Positions 1-9,881 of a stretch of 64,000 nt of DNA are shown here, piece after piece. This DNA is from Acidobacteriota bacterium (GTDB lineage Bacteria; Acidobacteriota; UBA890; WLXD01). A program made the position numbers and the translations under genes. Within the stretch, counting starts at the first letter, position 1; each line of letters opens with the position of its first letter. The notes under the pieces are model-generated. The model searched no databases. It was not told the origin of the DNA and saw only the letters and a program-made list of their open reading frames with translations. The DNA lies in contig CAXWPH010000014.1 in NCBI GenBank assembly GCA_963666055.2, positions 352,001 to 416,000 of the forward strand, in the 5' to 3' direction.

Positions 1-931
1 ACATGGCCTCGAGCACCGCACTACCGCTGTGCTCGCGCCGGCTGGCCTGGAGAAGGAAGTCGGCGCTGCTGTAGATCGCCTCCATCTGCGCAGCGGGAGC
101 CTCGCCGTGGAGGGTGGTACGGCACGCCAACCGCGGGCGCGATCGCAGGAAACCACGTACCTCGTCGAGTAGGTCAGCGCTCTGGTACACGCAGTGCAAG
201 CGCGCCTGCGGCAGCGCATCAACGATCGCTTCGACGCCGCAAAGCATGGTCAACAGGTCCTTGACCGGATGCAACCGCGCCACCGACAACAGCACCGGCG
301 CGCCGTCGAATCCGGTACACCGTCGCGCCGCTTCGCGATCCTGGGGGTTCAGGGCACTCGAAGTCTCCACGACCTGGGCGACCCGTTCGTGCCGGTCCGC
401 CAACAACCCGGCGTCGACGTATGGTTGAGCATGCTCGGGCGCCGTGAAGACAAGCGCCTCCGGCCCCGTGAGCCAGCGTCGCTGGAGTCGCCGCGCCAAC
501 CAGCTGCGCGCCGGCTCGCCGCCGTGATGCTGTGCCACCCAGGGGATGCCGCAACGCCTCAGCGCCCGGTCTAAGAGCGCCAAGTTGATGTGCGGTACCA
601 GCCCATGAACGTGGACCAGATCGGGCTCTAGATCCACGACGCGGGCGATGGTCGTGCGAGCAGGGATCAGGTGCGACGAAGGAATCCGCGCCAACCGGGC
701 CAGACCACGACCCAGCGTCGCCGCCGCATGCCCTTCCGAAACCATGTGGTAGCGCACACCATGCTCGCGGTGCTGCTTGGCATGCGGATGCTGCACGACA
801 ACGTCGACTTGGTGTCCGAGCCGCGATACCTGCCGAGGCAGGTGCCTTAGCAGCGGAAAGCGATCGAGATAGTCTGCCGGCGCTAGATCCGCGTTCGGCG
901 GGCAGTATGGTTGGACATAACAGATCCTCAT
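1..931 (-). CDS. Glycosyltransferase family 4 (GT-B), partial; runs off the left edge
   Basis: Not in the ORF track. Manual translation from the ATG at 931 gives MRICYVQPYCPP...PDLVHVHG...PVLLSVARLHPVKD...ADFLLQASRREHSGSAVLEAM, with the GT4 E-x7-E motif at the window edge. Confidence 0.85.
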   Translation of the reverse strand, partial: MRICYVQPYCPPNADLAPADYLDRFPLLRHLPRQVSRLGHQVDVVVQHPHAKQHREHGVRYHMVSEGHAAATLGRGLARLARIPSSHLIPARTTIARVVDLEPDLVHVHGLVPHINLALLDRALRRCGIPWVAQHHGGEPARSWLARRLQRRWLTGPEALVFTAPEHAQPYVDAGLLADRHERVAQVVETSSALNPQDREAARRCTGFDGAPVLLSVARLHPVKDLLTMLCGVEAIVDALPQARLHCVYQSADLLDEVRGFLRSRPRLACRTTLHGEAPAAQMEAIYSSADFLLQASRREHSGSAVLEAM

Positions 932-2213
932 GGACAGGTCGATGCTCGAGCGCCTAGGACGGCGACGCAAGCCTCCCTCGCTGCTGTTGCGGAACCTGGA
1001 ATGCTACAGCGATGGTGAAGTATTCCATGGCGATCTTCGCCTGTCGGCGGGTCGCATTGCCGAGATCGGCGACCGTCTGGCGGCCGGCTCCGGGGAGCGT
1101 ACTCTGGATCTCGACGGCCACCTTGCGTACCTGGGCCTGATCAACGCTCACGATCATCTCGAGCTGGACTTCCTTCCACGGCTCGGGACCCCCCCCTACC
1201 CTAGTTTCTACGACTGGGCGGACGACGTTTACCGCCCCGACGAGCCGCCGATTCGAGATTTGCGTCACGTAACGCTCTCGGACCGCCTCTGGTGGGGGGC
1301 CTACAGGAACACGGTCGCCGGCGTCACCACCGTCATGCACCACGACACCTACCACCGTCGCATCTTCCAGAACGGCTTCCCGGTGCACGTCACCCACCCC
1401 TACCGTTGGGCGCACTCACTGGGCTTGGGCGTCGACCCTCGCGAAGCGTACGCCAACGGTGCGGGCCCGTTCGTGATTCACGCCGCCGAGGGTGTTGACG
1501 AACGCAGCAAGCGCGAGCTCGACGAGCTCGATGACATGGGCGTGCTTGGTGACGACACCATCCTTGTGCACGGCATCGCGATCACCTCCGCACAATGGCG
1601 GCGGCTGGCGGCACGGGGGGTGGCGCTGGTGTGGTGCCCCACCTCGAACCTGTTCCTGTACGGCAAGACGGTGGACGTGGGCTCCCTGCCCGAGGGCGTC
1701 AACGTGGCGCTCGGCACCGATTCCACCATCAGCGGCTCAGCCAGCCTGCTCGACGAGCTCCGGATGGCACGCAACACGGGCGCGGCGAGCGCCGTGCGCC
1801 TACTGGGGATGGTAACCACCGTGCCGGCCGCGATGCTCGCCCTCGAGGCCGGCTGCGGCCGCATTCAGCAAGGCGGCCCAGCGGACGTGATCATCCTCGC
1901 TCCTGGAGACAGCGCTCCATCGATGCCCACATCTGACAGCGAAGACAAGGCAACACGCGCGGCGCACGCGCTTTTGGAAGCGCACTCGGCCAACCTTGCA
2001 CTCGTGCTGGTCGCCGGCCGTCCGGTGCTCGCCGACCCCGATATCGCCGCAACCCTGGGCCTCGGGCCGGCGCGCACGCTGATCGACGGCAGCTCCAAGT
2101 GGCTTGTCGGCGATCTTCCGGCTCTTCGAGAACGCATCGCCGCGGCCTCCGACGATGCCGACGCCTGGAACGCCAACCCCGTCTGGCGCCGGCTGCAGGC
2201 GGCCCCGAGTTGA
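930..2213 (+). CDS. Amidohydrolase-family metal-dependent hydrolase (deaminase-like TIM barrel)
   Basis: NAHDH (HxH), IHAAEG, VHG, WCPTSN and GTDS metal-binding motifs; start may be the ATG at 942. Confidence 0.85.
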   Translation: MDRSMLERLGRRRKPPSLLLRNLECYSDGEVFHGDLRLSAGRIAEIGDRLAAGSGERTLDLDGHLAYLGLINAHDHLELDFLPRLGTPPYPSFYDWADDVYRPDEPPIRDLRHVTLSDRLWWGAYRNTVAGVTTVMHHDTYHRRIFQNGFPVHVTHPYRWAHSLGLGVDPREAYANGAGPFVIHAAEGVDERSKRELDELDDMGVLGDDTILVHGIAITSAQWRRLAARGVALVWCPTSNLFLYGKTVDVGSLPEGVNVALGTDSTISGSASLLDELRMARNTGAASAVRLLGMVTTVPAAMLALEAGCGRIQQGGPADVIILAPGDSAPSMPTSDSEDKATRAAHALLEAHSANLALVLVAGRPVLADPDIAATLGLGPARTLIDGSSKWLVGDLPALRERIAAASDDADAWNANPVWRRLQAAPS

Positions 2214-3361
2214 CTGCTCGGCGCCTGCGCATCGGTCTGGTCGTGCCCGGCTTCAGCGCCGACGAGCACGACTGGTGGATCCCGGCGCTGCGCGACCTGG
2301 TAGTCGGACTCCGCGAGCATATCGATCTCACGGTGTTTGCGCTCCGCTATCCCCACACGACGTCGCCGTACCGAGTCTTCGACGTGCCGGTAGTGCCGTT
2401 CGGCGGTGCTGAGGCGCGCCGGCTCGGGCGTCTACCGATGATCGTCCGAGCCATGCGCGCGGTGCGAGCGTCGTTACGCGCCGACCAGCTCGATGGTGTG
2501 CACGCGCTGTGGGCACACGAGCCCGGGCTGGTGGCCACGGCGGCGTCTGTCGGTACCGGTCGACGCCCATTGGTGTCTCTGCTCGGTGGCGAGCTGACGG
2601 ACCTCCCGGACATTGGCTACGGAGGCCAGCTCTCACGCTTCAACCGGTGGGCGAGCAACTTGGCGTTGCGGCGCGCCCATGCCGTTACCGTAGGGTCCGA
2701 GAGCTTGCGCGATCTCGGCGCGCAACGTGGTTACGCGGTCGCCGGTTGGCATCGACTCCCGCTGGGAGTCGACACACGGAAGTTCTCCCCGCAGGGAGCG
2801 CCAGGCAACGCACCGCAGTTGGATGGTCATCCGTGCCTGTTGAGCGTCGGAGCGCTGGTCCCCGTCAAGGGCCCCGAGCTGCTCCTGGAGTGCTTCGCCA
2901 CCGTCCATCAACAACTACCGCAGGCGCGATTGCACCTGGTCGGTGAGGGTGCGCTGCGGCAGCGGCTCATGGAAACCGCGCGCAGCATGGATCTCGCGGC
3001 CGATGTTCGGTTCCATGGGACCATCGATCATGTCGACATGCCGGGCGTGTACCGGCAGGCCGACGTTGTCGTGGTGACGTCGTACTTCGAGAGCCAGTCG
3101 GTGGTGGCGGTTGAGGCGGCAGCGTGCGGGCGTACCCTTATCGGACCAGCGGTCGGGGTGCTGCCCGAGATCGACGGTGCCGAGATCTGTGTCAGCCACG
3201 ACGCGTCGGCGATCGCGGCGGGATTGCTTCAGGCGCTGTCGGATCGCAACCTGCTCCGGCGCCGCGGTGCACTGGCGCGCGCTTGGGTGCTGAGAGAAGC
3301 GACCGTCCGCAGCACGGTCGACAAGCTCGTTCAGCTGTACGAGGAGGTTACTCACCAATGA
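2210..3361 (+). CDS. Glycosyltransferase family 4
   Basis: LLSVGALVPVKG and ESQSVVAVEAAACG motifs; TTG start overlaps the previous TGA (TTGA). Confidence 0.85.
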   Translation: MTARRLRIGLVVPGFSADEHDWWIPALRDLVVGLREHIDLTVFALRYPHTTSPYRVFDVPVVPFGGAEARRLGRLPMIVRAMRAVRASLRADQLDGVHALWAHEPGLVATAASVGTGRRPLVSLLGGELTDLPDIGYGGQLSRFNRWASNLALRRAHAVTVGSESLRDLGAQRGYAVAGWHRLPLGVDTRKFSPQGAPGNAPQLDGHPCLLSVGALVPVKGPELLLECFATVHQQLPQARLHLVGEGALRQRLMETARSMDLAADVRFHGTIDHVDMPGVYRQADVVVVTSYFESQSVVAVEAAACGRTLIGPAVGVLPEIDGAEICVSHDASAIAAGLLQALSDRNLLRRRGALARAWVLREATVRSTVDKLVQLYEEVTHQ

Positions 3362-4395
3362 CCGGGACGGCGCGTGGGACCCTCGACGCGGCTTTGCCAC
3401 GGAGAGTGCTGATCACCGGCGGCGCCGGATTCGTGGGCTCGCATGTCGCTGATGCGCTGATCGAGCAAGGCTGCTCGGTGGTCGCCGTCGACGATCTGTC
3501 GACCGGCAGTCTCGACAACCTGGAGCAGCTGTCCGGGAACCCCGGATTCACCCTGGAGGTCGGCTCCGCCGCCGACTCCGAAATGCTGGCAACCCTGCTA
3601 TCGGAGTGTGACGCCTGCGTGCACCTGGCCGCTGTGGTCGGCGTGAAGCTGGTGCTGCGGCAGCCGGCGCGGGCTCTCGAGATCAACGCGCGTTGCACTG
3701 AGGCTGTCCTGGAGGCGGCGGCACGGCATAGCGTTCCGGTGCTGGTGGCGTCGAGCTCGGAGGTCTACGGGCAGCGTTCCACGATTCCCCTGTGCGAGGA
3801 CATGGATCTGGAAATCTCCTTGCGAGGCGGCCACTCCGCCTACGCCGTGTCGAAGCTGTACAGCGAGCGCTTGGCGCTGTCGTGGGAGCGTCAGGCCGGC
3901 CTCCCAGTAATCATCGCGCGGCTGTTCAATACTGCCGGCCCACGGCAGATCCCCGATCACGGCATGGTGGTGCCGAGCTTGGCGCGGCAAGCGCTGCGGA
4001 ATCAGCCGCTGACAGTGTTCGGCGACGGCGCGCAGACGCGGTCCTTCGCCCACGTGCGCGACATCGCCGAGTCGCTCATCCGGCTGCTAGCGACCCCGGC
4101 AGCCCACGGGCAGATCTACAACGTTGGCGCCCAACAGGAGCTCACCATTCTCGATCTCGCACGACGCGTAAAGCGACGCGCCAACAGTGACTCAGAGATC
4201 GTTCGCGTGCCGTACCAAGAAGCGTACGGAACACGGTTCGAGGACATTCGGCGGCGGGCACCTGATGTAACGAAGCTCGAGCGGCTGCTCGGCTCGGTGC
4301 CGACGATCGGTATCGACCAGATCATCGACGACGTGCTCGCCTATTGGACCGGCCCGCCAGCCGAGCGCGTGGCGGCAGAGGTGTCGACGCTCTGA
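3358..4395 (+). CDS. NAD-dependent nucleotide-sugar epimerase/dehydratase (extended SDR)
   Basis: ITGGAGFVGSH, SSSEVYG, YAVSK (YxxxK), VFGDGAQTRSF; ATGA overlap with the previous gene. Confidence 0.9.
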   Translation: MTGTARGTLDAALPRRVLITGGAGFVGSHVADALIEQGCSVVAVDDLSTGSLDNLEQLSGNPGFTLEVGSAADSEMLATLLSECDACVHLAAVVGVKLVLRQPARALEINARCTEAVLEAAARHSVPVLVASSSEVYGQRSTIPLCEDMDLEISLRGGHSAYAVSKLYSERLALSWERQAGLPVIIARLFNTAGPRQIPDHGMVVPSLARQALRNQPLTVFGDGAQTRSFAHVRDIAESLIRLLATPAAHGQIYNVGAQQELTILDLARRVKRRANSDSEIVRVPYQEAYGTRFEDIRRRAPDVTKLERLLGSVPTIGIDQIIDDVLAYWTGPPAERVAAEVSTL

Positions 4396-4402
4396 GGGCG
4401 GG

Positions 4403-4930
4403 CTACCGGTGGTCAGCGCCTCGAGCGAGCCCTGCAGCGAGCGCAATGTAGTACGTAACGTCGGCGTTGTACGCCGCCACCTGGGCATTCGACGTGCTCA
4501 TCTCGAACGTCACCATCCCCTTGTCGATCAGCTTCTTCGCCGAAACTGTCTTCCTGAAGTCCCCTTGCCCCTGGGCGAGGGTGCCTTTCAGACGGGCCAG
4601 CACCTTGGGCTTTTTCTTTCCCTCGACGCTCGCCGTCACCTCCACCGCGTTGCTGATCTGCGCCGTGCTGCTGACAGCTCCGGGACGCTCAATCGAGATC
4701 GACGCGCCGATGACGACCTTCGTGTTTCTGCCGAGGCCAGCGAGCAGGTCGGCCGGGTCCAGCGTACCTCCCGGCAGGAAGAGATCGCCGCCGGCCGGGT
4801 TCTCGTAGCTGGCGCCGTACAAAACGCTCACCCACTGCTGTACGGCGGCGGCACCGGATGGAACCGCAAAGCTCACCACCAGGTACCCGACTGCCAGCAC
4901 CGGTAACATAGTGTGCCTGCCGTTTTTCAT
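4403..4930 (-). CDS. Hypothetical secreted protein
   Basis: Signal-peptide-like N-terminus (LPVLAVGYLVVSFAVPSGAAA) followed by a beta-rich mature region; start 4930 or 4909. Confidence 0.6.
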   Translation of the reverse strand: MKNGRHTMLPVLAVGYLVVSFAVPSGAAAVQQWVSVLYGASYENPAGGDLFLPGGTLDPADLLAGLGRNTKVVIGASISIERPGAVSSTAQISNAVEVTASVEGKKKPKVLARLKGTLAQGQGDFRKTVSAKKLIDKGMVTFEMSTSNAQVAAYNADVTYYIALAAGLARGADHR

Positions 4931-4964
4931 GCGGATCCGGCCCCCATTGCGATAACAGTCGATT

Positions 4965-7900
4965 TTGAACCTAACACGAGACTTGAGCGACGAACAACGC
5001 AGTACCAGCCGGCTGCTGTCAGGAAGCCAACTGAGCCGATTGCTATCGGGTTTGATCGAAGCGGCATGGCTGGGACTGCTCGTCGCCACGGCGCTCTACT
5101 TCAACCCTTACTCGCTTACCAGCTTCGAGCCCGACAAGGCGACGATGGCCCGCGCCTACCTTCTCTTGATGCTGGGGTGCTGGGCGGCGCTGTGCGCGTA
5201 TGGTGGAAGGTCGGCGGCGCGAGCACCGCGGGCCGCCGTCGTGGGTGCCTGCATCTTCGCGACCTGGGCGGCATCTGTAGTGCTCAGCGCAGCGAACTCC
5301 ATCGCTCCCGCCCTGAGCTGGTGGGGATCATACGATCGCGGTCAAGGTGCGTGGCTCGAGATCGGTTACGTTGCCCTGTTCGCCGCGCTGGCAACACGAC
5401 TCCGCAGCGCGCAGCAATGGCGGCGCCTGAGGCTCACGATCGCCGCGTCCAGCGTCCCGGTGTGCCTCTTGGCGCTGGCGCAGCGATCCGGCATCCCGAT
5501 CCTCCTGGGCAACGAGCCCCTGGAGGTAAACGCCACATTCGGCAACCCGACCTTCCTCGGGGCTTTCCTGCTGCTGACGTTGTTCGTGACCGCCGATTTC
5601 GTCGTCGAGACGGCTACCAGCATGCGGGGTGGCGGGCAGCCGGTGACCGCCCACCCGGCGCGCCTGGGGCTACGCCGCGCCGCGCTGCCGACGTTGATCA
5701 TCACTCTCCAGCTCGCGGCGCTGCTTGCCACGCGCGGCTCCGCGGCGTTGATCGGGCTGCTGTTCGGCCTGTCGCTTCTGGTCGCCGGGGCGTTCGCCAT
5801 GCGGCGCATCGACTCAGCGCCACCGCGCTCCGCCACTGGTCGCTGGAGGCGGCGCCCCATCGTGCTGGCATCGGTGGCCGTAGTCGCGGCGATCGTCTGG
5901 CTCGGTGCCACCGCGGATCGCACCGCCGACGGTAATCAGGTGGTCGAGCTAGCGACGATGTTCAACCCGGAGCGCGACACCAACCGGGTTCGACTATTGA
6001 TCTGGGATGCCGTTCAGCAAGCCATGCTGGCCTCGGCCGGTGACCCCGAGGAAGTGCGCAACACAGCGTGGCGCTGGCTCGTCGGCTTCGGGCCGGAGAC
6101 CACCTGGCTAGCCCTCGAGCACTCGTACCCGGCCGGGCTGGCTAGCGTCGAGAGCTGGCAATCGCTGCCCGACCGGGCGCACAACCAGGTACTGGAGATC
6201 CTTCTTACGCGCGGCCTGTTGGGGGTCGGTTGCTACCTGCTCACCGCCGCAGCGCTGCTGGCCATCGGACTGCGAGCCGCCGGCTTGCTGATCGAGGCGG
6301 GCTCGACGCGGCGCTTCACGAGTGCGTTGCTGGCCGGAAGTACGCTAGGCGCCGTCGCCGCGCTCGCGGCGTCGGGTAGATGGTCGCTCGCCGCCGTGGG
6401 GCTGATCCCGGGCATGGTCGTGGGAGCGTTGGGCTACCTGATTGGGCGGGTGGAAGGCGTCGGCGAGAGCCCGCCTCAGCCGCGTCGCCAGCGATGGCTG
6501 GCGCTGCTGCTCACTGCCGCTATAGTGGCGCATCTCGTGGAGACCCAGTTCGGCATTGCCGTGACCGCCAGCCAGACGTATTTCTGGCTTCTTGCCGGCG
6601 CGCTGGTAGCGCTCCGCTACCGCGGCTGGAGCCCGGGGGACGCAGCCGATGCGGCGGCGCCGGGCGGCACGGTCGACGGCCTCGTAGTCGGCACGATCCT
6701 CCTGACGCTGGTATTCGGCTTGATGACTCCGGGCGCTGCTGTGCCGCTGGTTGTGGCGCTCGTGCTCCTGGCGTCGTGGCTAGGCGGCTGGGTGCTTTCG
6801 TCGCTGGGCATGGCAGCACCGGCCCTGTTCGGCCGGCGCGGCCGGCGCTTCGCACTGGTCAGCGCTGCGCTCATGGCGGCGTATATCGGCTTCCACAAGC
6901 TGCAGACGGCAACCGCCACCGTCCTCCAGGCGCGCGGCGACGACCTCGCTGCCGCGTCGACGTTCGCGACCTTCTTCGACGGGTACCAGGCTTGGATGCT
7001 GGCAGCCACGCTAGCAACCGGCGTGCTGCTGGCGGCGTCAAAGCACGACGACGATCAGAACGTCGGCGATCGCTCCCCGGCGCGCACCGTCCTCGCGGTG
7101 ACGCTGATCCTGGCGCTCGGCATGGCACTGCCGCGCGCCCCGCATGTCGCCGCCGCGCGTGCCGATATCCTGGCCGCACATGCCGAGAGGGCGCGGCTTG
7201 CAGGACGCTTCGCCAGCGCCGGTCGCCTCTATCGGGAGGCGCTGTCGTTGCGCGCCGACGAGATTGTCTACCGCATCGGGCTCGCCAAGGTACAGACCGA
7301 TTGGGCCGGCGAGACCTCCGGTGATGTACGCAATAGCCGTTTTGGCCGCGCCGCACGCCAGCTTCGGCTGGCGCTTCAAGCGGAGCAGGCGGGCGCTACC
7401 GAACACGCCAACCTGGCGCGCCTGTACACGTTGTGGGCAGAAACCGAAGTCGACGCCACGGAGCAAGCCAGCAGGCTGGCGCGTGCCGATCGTCACTATC
7501 GCAACGCCCTTGTCATACGCCCACAATCGGCTCGCTACTACGCCGAGTGGGGGCGCCTGAGCGTGCTCCAGGGCGAGCTCGAACCGGCGCGTTGGCGCTT
7601 CGGCCGCTCGTTGGTATTGGACCCGACGCAGGGACAAACCTACCTCTGGGTGCGCCCCTTGCTCAGCTCCGACCTGCTGGAGGCAAGCAACGCCCTGGCC
7701 GAGCTCGGGCCCGACGTAGGCGCCATAACGCCGGCCCAGGTACACGCAGCGCTGGTCGAACACTTCATCGAGGCCGGCCTGTTCGAGGCCGCGATCGAGG
7801 CAGCATTCCGGCTCGCGGAGGCGATCCCGGAGCAAGCGCTTGCGCATTGGACCCTGGCCGGCCTCTACAGCCGTACCAGCCGGCCCGCCGTGGGTCTGCC

Positions 7901-8003
7901 ACACGCTCGACGAGCGCACCAACGGGCGCAGGGCTGGCAGCGCCGTCAGATCGCCCGGCTCATCGACAACCTCGAAGCGGCAATCGAGAGGACGGCTTCG
8001 TGA
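4965..8003 (+). CDS. O-antigen ligase/oligosaccharyltransferase-like (Wzy_C) polytopic membrane protein with C-terminal TPR-like repeats
   Basis: Many TM segments; ATFGNPTFLG, RLLIW, GFGPET, DRAHN motifs; helical TPR-like tail. Confidence 0.8.
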   Translation: MNLTRDLSDEQRSTSRLLSGSQLSRLLSGLIEAAWLGLLVATALYFNPYSLTSFEPDKATMARAYLLLMLGCWAALCAYGGRSAARAPRAAVVGACIFATWAASVVLSAANSIAPALSWWGSYDRGQGAWLEIGYVALFAALATRLRSAQQWRRLRLTIAASSVPVCLLALAQRSGIPILLGNEPLEVNATFGNPTFLGAFLLLTLFVTADFVVETATSMRGGGQPVTAHPARLGLRRAALPTLIITLQLAALLATRGSAALIGLLFGLSLLVAGAFAMRRIDSAPPRSATGRWRRRPIVLASVAVVAAIVWLGATADRTADGNQVVELATMFNPERDTNRVRLLIWDAVQQAMLASAGDPEEVRNTAWRWLVGFGPETTWLALEHSYPAGLASVESWQSLPDRAHNQVLEILLTRGLLGVGCYLLTAAALLAIGLRAAGLLIEAGSTRRFTSALLAGSTLGAVAALAASGRWSLAAVGLIPGMVVGALGYLIGRVEGVGESPPQPRRQRWLALLLTAAIVAHLVETQFGIAVTASQTYFWLLAGALVALRYRGWSPGDAADAAAPGGTVDGLVVGTILLTLVFGLMTPGAAVPLVVALVLLASWLGGWVLSSLGMAAPALFGRRGRRFALVSAALMAAYIGFHKLQTATATVLQARGDDLAAASTFATFFDGYQAWMLAATLATGVLLAASKHDDDQNVGDRSPARTVLAVTLILALGMALPRAPHVAAARADILAAHAERARLAGRFASAGRLYREALSLRADEIVYRIGLAKVQTDWAGETSGDVRNSRFGRAARQLRLALQAEQAGATEHANLARLYTLWAETEVDATEQASRLARADRHYRNALVIRPQSARYYAEWGRLSVLQGELEPARWRFGRSLVLDPTQGQTYLWVRPLLSSDLLEASNALAELGPDVGAITPAQVHAALVEHFIEAGLFEAAIEAAFRLAEAIPEQALAHWTLAGLYSRTSRPAVGLPHARRAHQRAQGWQRRQIARLIDNLEAAIERTAS

Positions 8004-8923
8004 TCGGCAACGCCCATGTGTCGCTGGCCGTCGCGTTCGTCGCCTCGCTGGTGCTGGGCCCGATAATGTGGACCGTGGCTCGTCGTTATGACTGGATCGA
8101 CACGCCGGAGCCAGGCAGCGCGCATCGCAATCCTACGGCGCTGTTCGGCGGGATCGGCATCTACGGTGCGGTGCTCTCCGGGTTGCTGGCAGCGGGAGGC
8201 CCGGCCACCGATGTGCGTCATGCTGGCCTGTACGTCGGCGCCACCCTGCTGGCCGTTGTCGGTTTGTGGGACGATCGCCGGGCGTTGTCGCCACGACTCA
8301 AGCTGCTGGCGACCCTCATTGCCGCTCTCGTCGTGATCGCTTCCGGGACGCGATGGCCGGCCACCGATCTCTCGGCGCTACAACTGACGCTGACTCTGGT
8401 CTGGCTCGTGTCGATACCACACGCGATCAACCTGCTCGACCATCTCGACGGGGTTGCCGGCGGCATTGCCGCGATCGCCGCCGCTTGTCTGGTAGTGGTG
8501 GCGGCTGGCAACGGCGGCGCCTCGGTGGCAGCAATGGCCGCGGCGTTGGCCGGCGCCTGTGGCGCGTTCCTGGTGTACAACCTGCCGCCGGCCAGGATCT
8601 TTCTGGGTGACGCCGGCAGCCTGCCCATCGGTCTGGTGCTTGCCGCGCTGAGCCTGGAGGCAATACCAGCGACGGCGACCTCACGGGCCGCCCTGCTCTT
8701 TCCACCGTTGGTGCTGCTGGTGGCCATATGCGATACGGCGCTGGTAACGGTGTCGCGCCTGTTGCGCGGCAGCAATCCGATCACCCCCGGCGGCACCGAT
8801 CACAGCGGCCATCGTCTGCGCGCTCGCTTCGGACACCTCGGCGCGCTGGCCATCCTCTACGGCACCGCGGCGGTCGGCGGCTCCCTGGCTGTGTGGCTAG
8901 CAGGCCGTAGCGGCGCCCCATAG
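8000..8923 (+). CDS. MraY/WecA-family undecaprenyl-phosphate sugar-1-phosphate transferase
   Basis: GLWDD, NLLDHLDG, YNLPPARIFLGDAGS, DHSGHRL motifs; GTGA overlap. Confidence 0.9.
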   Translation: MIGNAHVSLAVAFVASLVLGPIMWTVARRYDWIDTPEPGSAHRNPTALFGGIGIYGAVLSGLLAAGGPATDVRHAGLYVGATLLAVVGLWDDRRALSPRLKLLATLIAALVVIASGTRWPATDLSALQLTLTLVWLVSIPHAINLLDHLDGVAGGIAAIAAACLVVVAAGNGGASVAAMAAALAGACGAFLVYNLPPARIFLGDAGSLPIGLVLAALSLEAIPATATSRAALLFPPLVLLVAICDTALVTVSRLLRGSNPITPGGTDHSGHRLRARFGHLGALAILYGTAAVGGSLAVWLAGRSGAP

Positions 8924-8944
8924 CGGGTCACGGGCCGCCGCCAG

Positions 8945-8981
8945 CGCTCAGGTCGGTCGGAGCACCTTGCCGACCGGAGCG
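8945..8981. terminator. Imperfect hairpin between convergent genes, possible terminator
   Basis: CGCTC-a-GGTCGG ... CCGACC-g-GAGCG; no strong U tract. Confidence 0.3.
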
Positions 8982-9021
8982 TCTGGAAAACGGCCCGTTG
9001 ACCGACGTCAGGGCAAGCGCC

Positions 9022-9642
9022 CTACTGGTGGTTGGCCTCTACCAGCAACTCGATCTGAACCTCGCCGCCAACAATGGCGGTCTCCGCCCACGAACCCACG
9101 CCCACACCGAAATCGCTGCGATCGATCGTCAGACTGGCCCGAAAGCTGGCAGCTTCGGTGATGCCGCCGAGCATGTCGCGCATCGGAGCGGGAATCGATT
9201 GCACCCCGAGCACCTCGATCGGCACGTCGACCTGGCGGGCGACGCCCTTGATCGTGAGGGTGCCGGTGGCTACCAAGTTAGCGGCGTCGATTCGCTTGAC
9301 CGCGCTGCTGCTGAACGTGATGTATGGGTAGTCGTCGGCTTCGAACCAATCCCCCGAGCGCAGGTGGTTGTCGCGGCGCTCGTTGCCCGTGTTGACCGAG
9401 GCAACGGCAATCGTCGCCTCTACGTGACTGTTGGCTGGATTCTCTGAATCGAACACGAGGTCGATCTCATAGTCGTCGAACGACCCGCTGATCGGTGTGA
9501 AGAAGTGGCGCACCTTGAAACCGACTTCGGTATGGGCACCATCGACATTCCATGTGCGCGCGTCGAGCCCGGCGGCGGCGTGGCCGAACGACGGGGCGGC
9601 GATCAGACCGACCAGAGCGGTGAGGACAAGCAGCTTTCGCAT
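9022..9642 (-). CDS. YceI-family lipid/polyisoprenoid-binding protein
   Basis: Signal peptide; WNVDGAHTEVGFKVRH, RDNHLRS, GTLTIKG, IDRSDFG. Confidence 0.92.
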   Translation of the reverse strand: MRKLLVLTALVGLIAAPSFGHAAAGLDARTWNVDGAHTEVGFKVRHFFTPISGSFDDYEIDLVFDSENPANSHVEATIAVASVNTGNERRDNHLRSGDWFEADDYPYITFSSSAVKRIDAANLVATGTLTIKGVARQVDVPIEVLGVQSIPAPMRDMLGGITEAASFRASLTIDRSDFGVGVGSWAETAIVGGEVQIELLVEANHQ

Positions 9643-9798
9643 CGTGAACCCTTCCCGGGGAGCTAGAGTGGATGGCGCCTCGCGGCAGACGTTCCTTGGC
9701 GACCGCGAGGGTGAGCGGCGCGGTGCTCGGAGGTTTGTTCGCCGCTGCCCGCAAGCTGGTTACAGCCATTGGGCTCCGGCACCATCAGGAGTGTGGGG

Positions 9799-9870
9799 CA
9801 GATCACGGCGGCGCCGCGAAGCACCTCGACCGTACAGATCACGGCGGCGCCGCGAAGCACCTCGAGCGTA
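9799..9870. repeat. 36-bp tandem duplication (2 copies, 1 mismatch)
   Basis: CAGATCACGGCGGCGCCGCGAAGCACCTCGA(C/G)CGTA at 9799-9834 and 9835-9870. Confidence 0.9.
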
Positions 9871-9881
9871 CTAGCGAGCCG

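Noticed and set aside
9799-9870. 36-bp repeat as a CRISPR array
   Set aside because: Only two abutting copies, no spacers and no cas genes.
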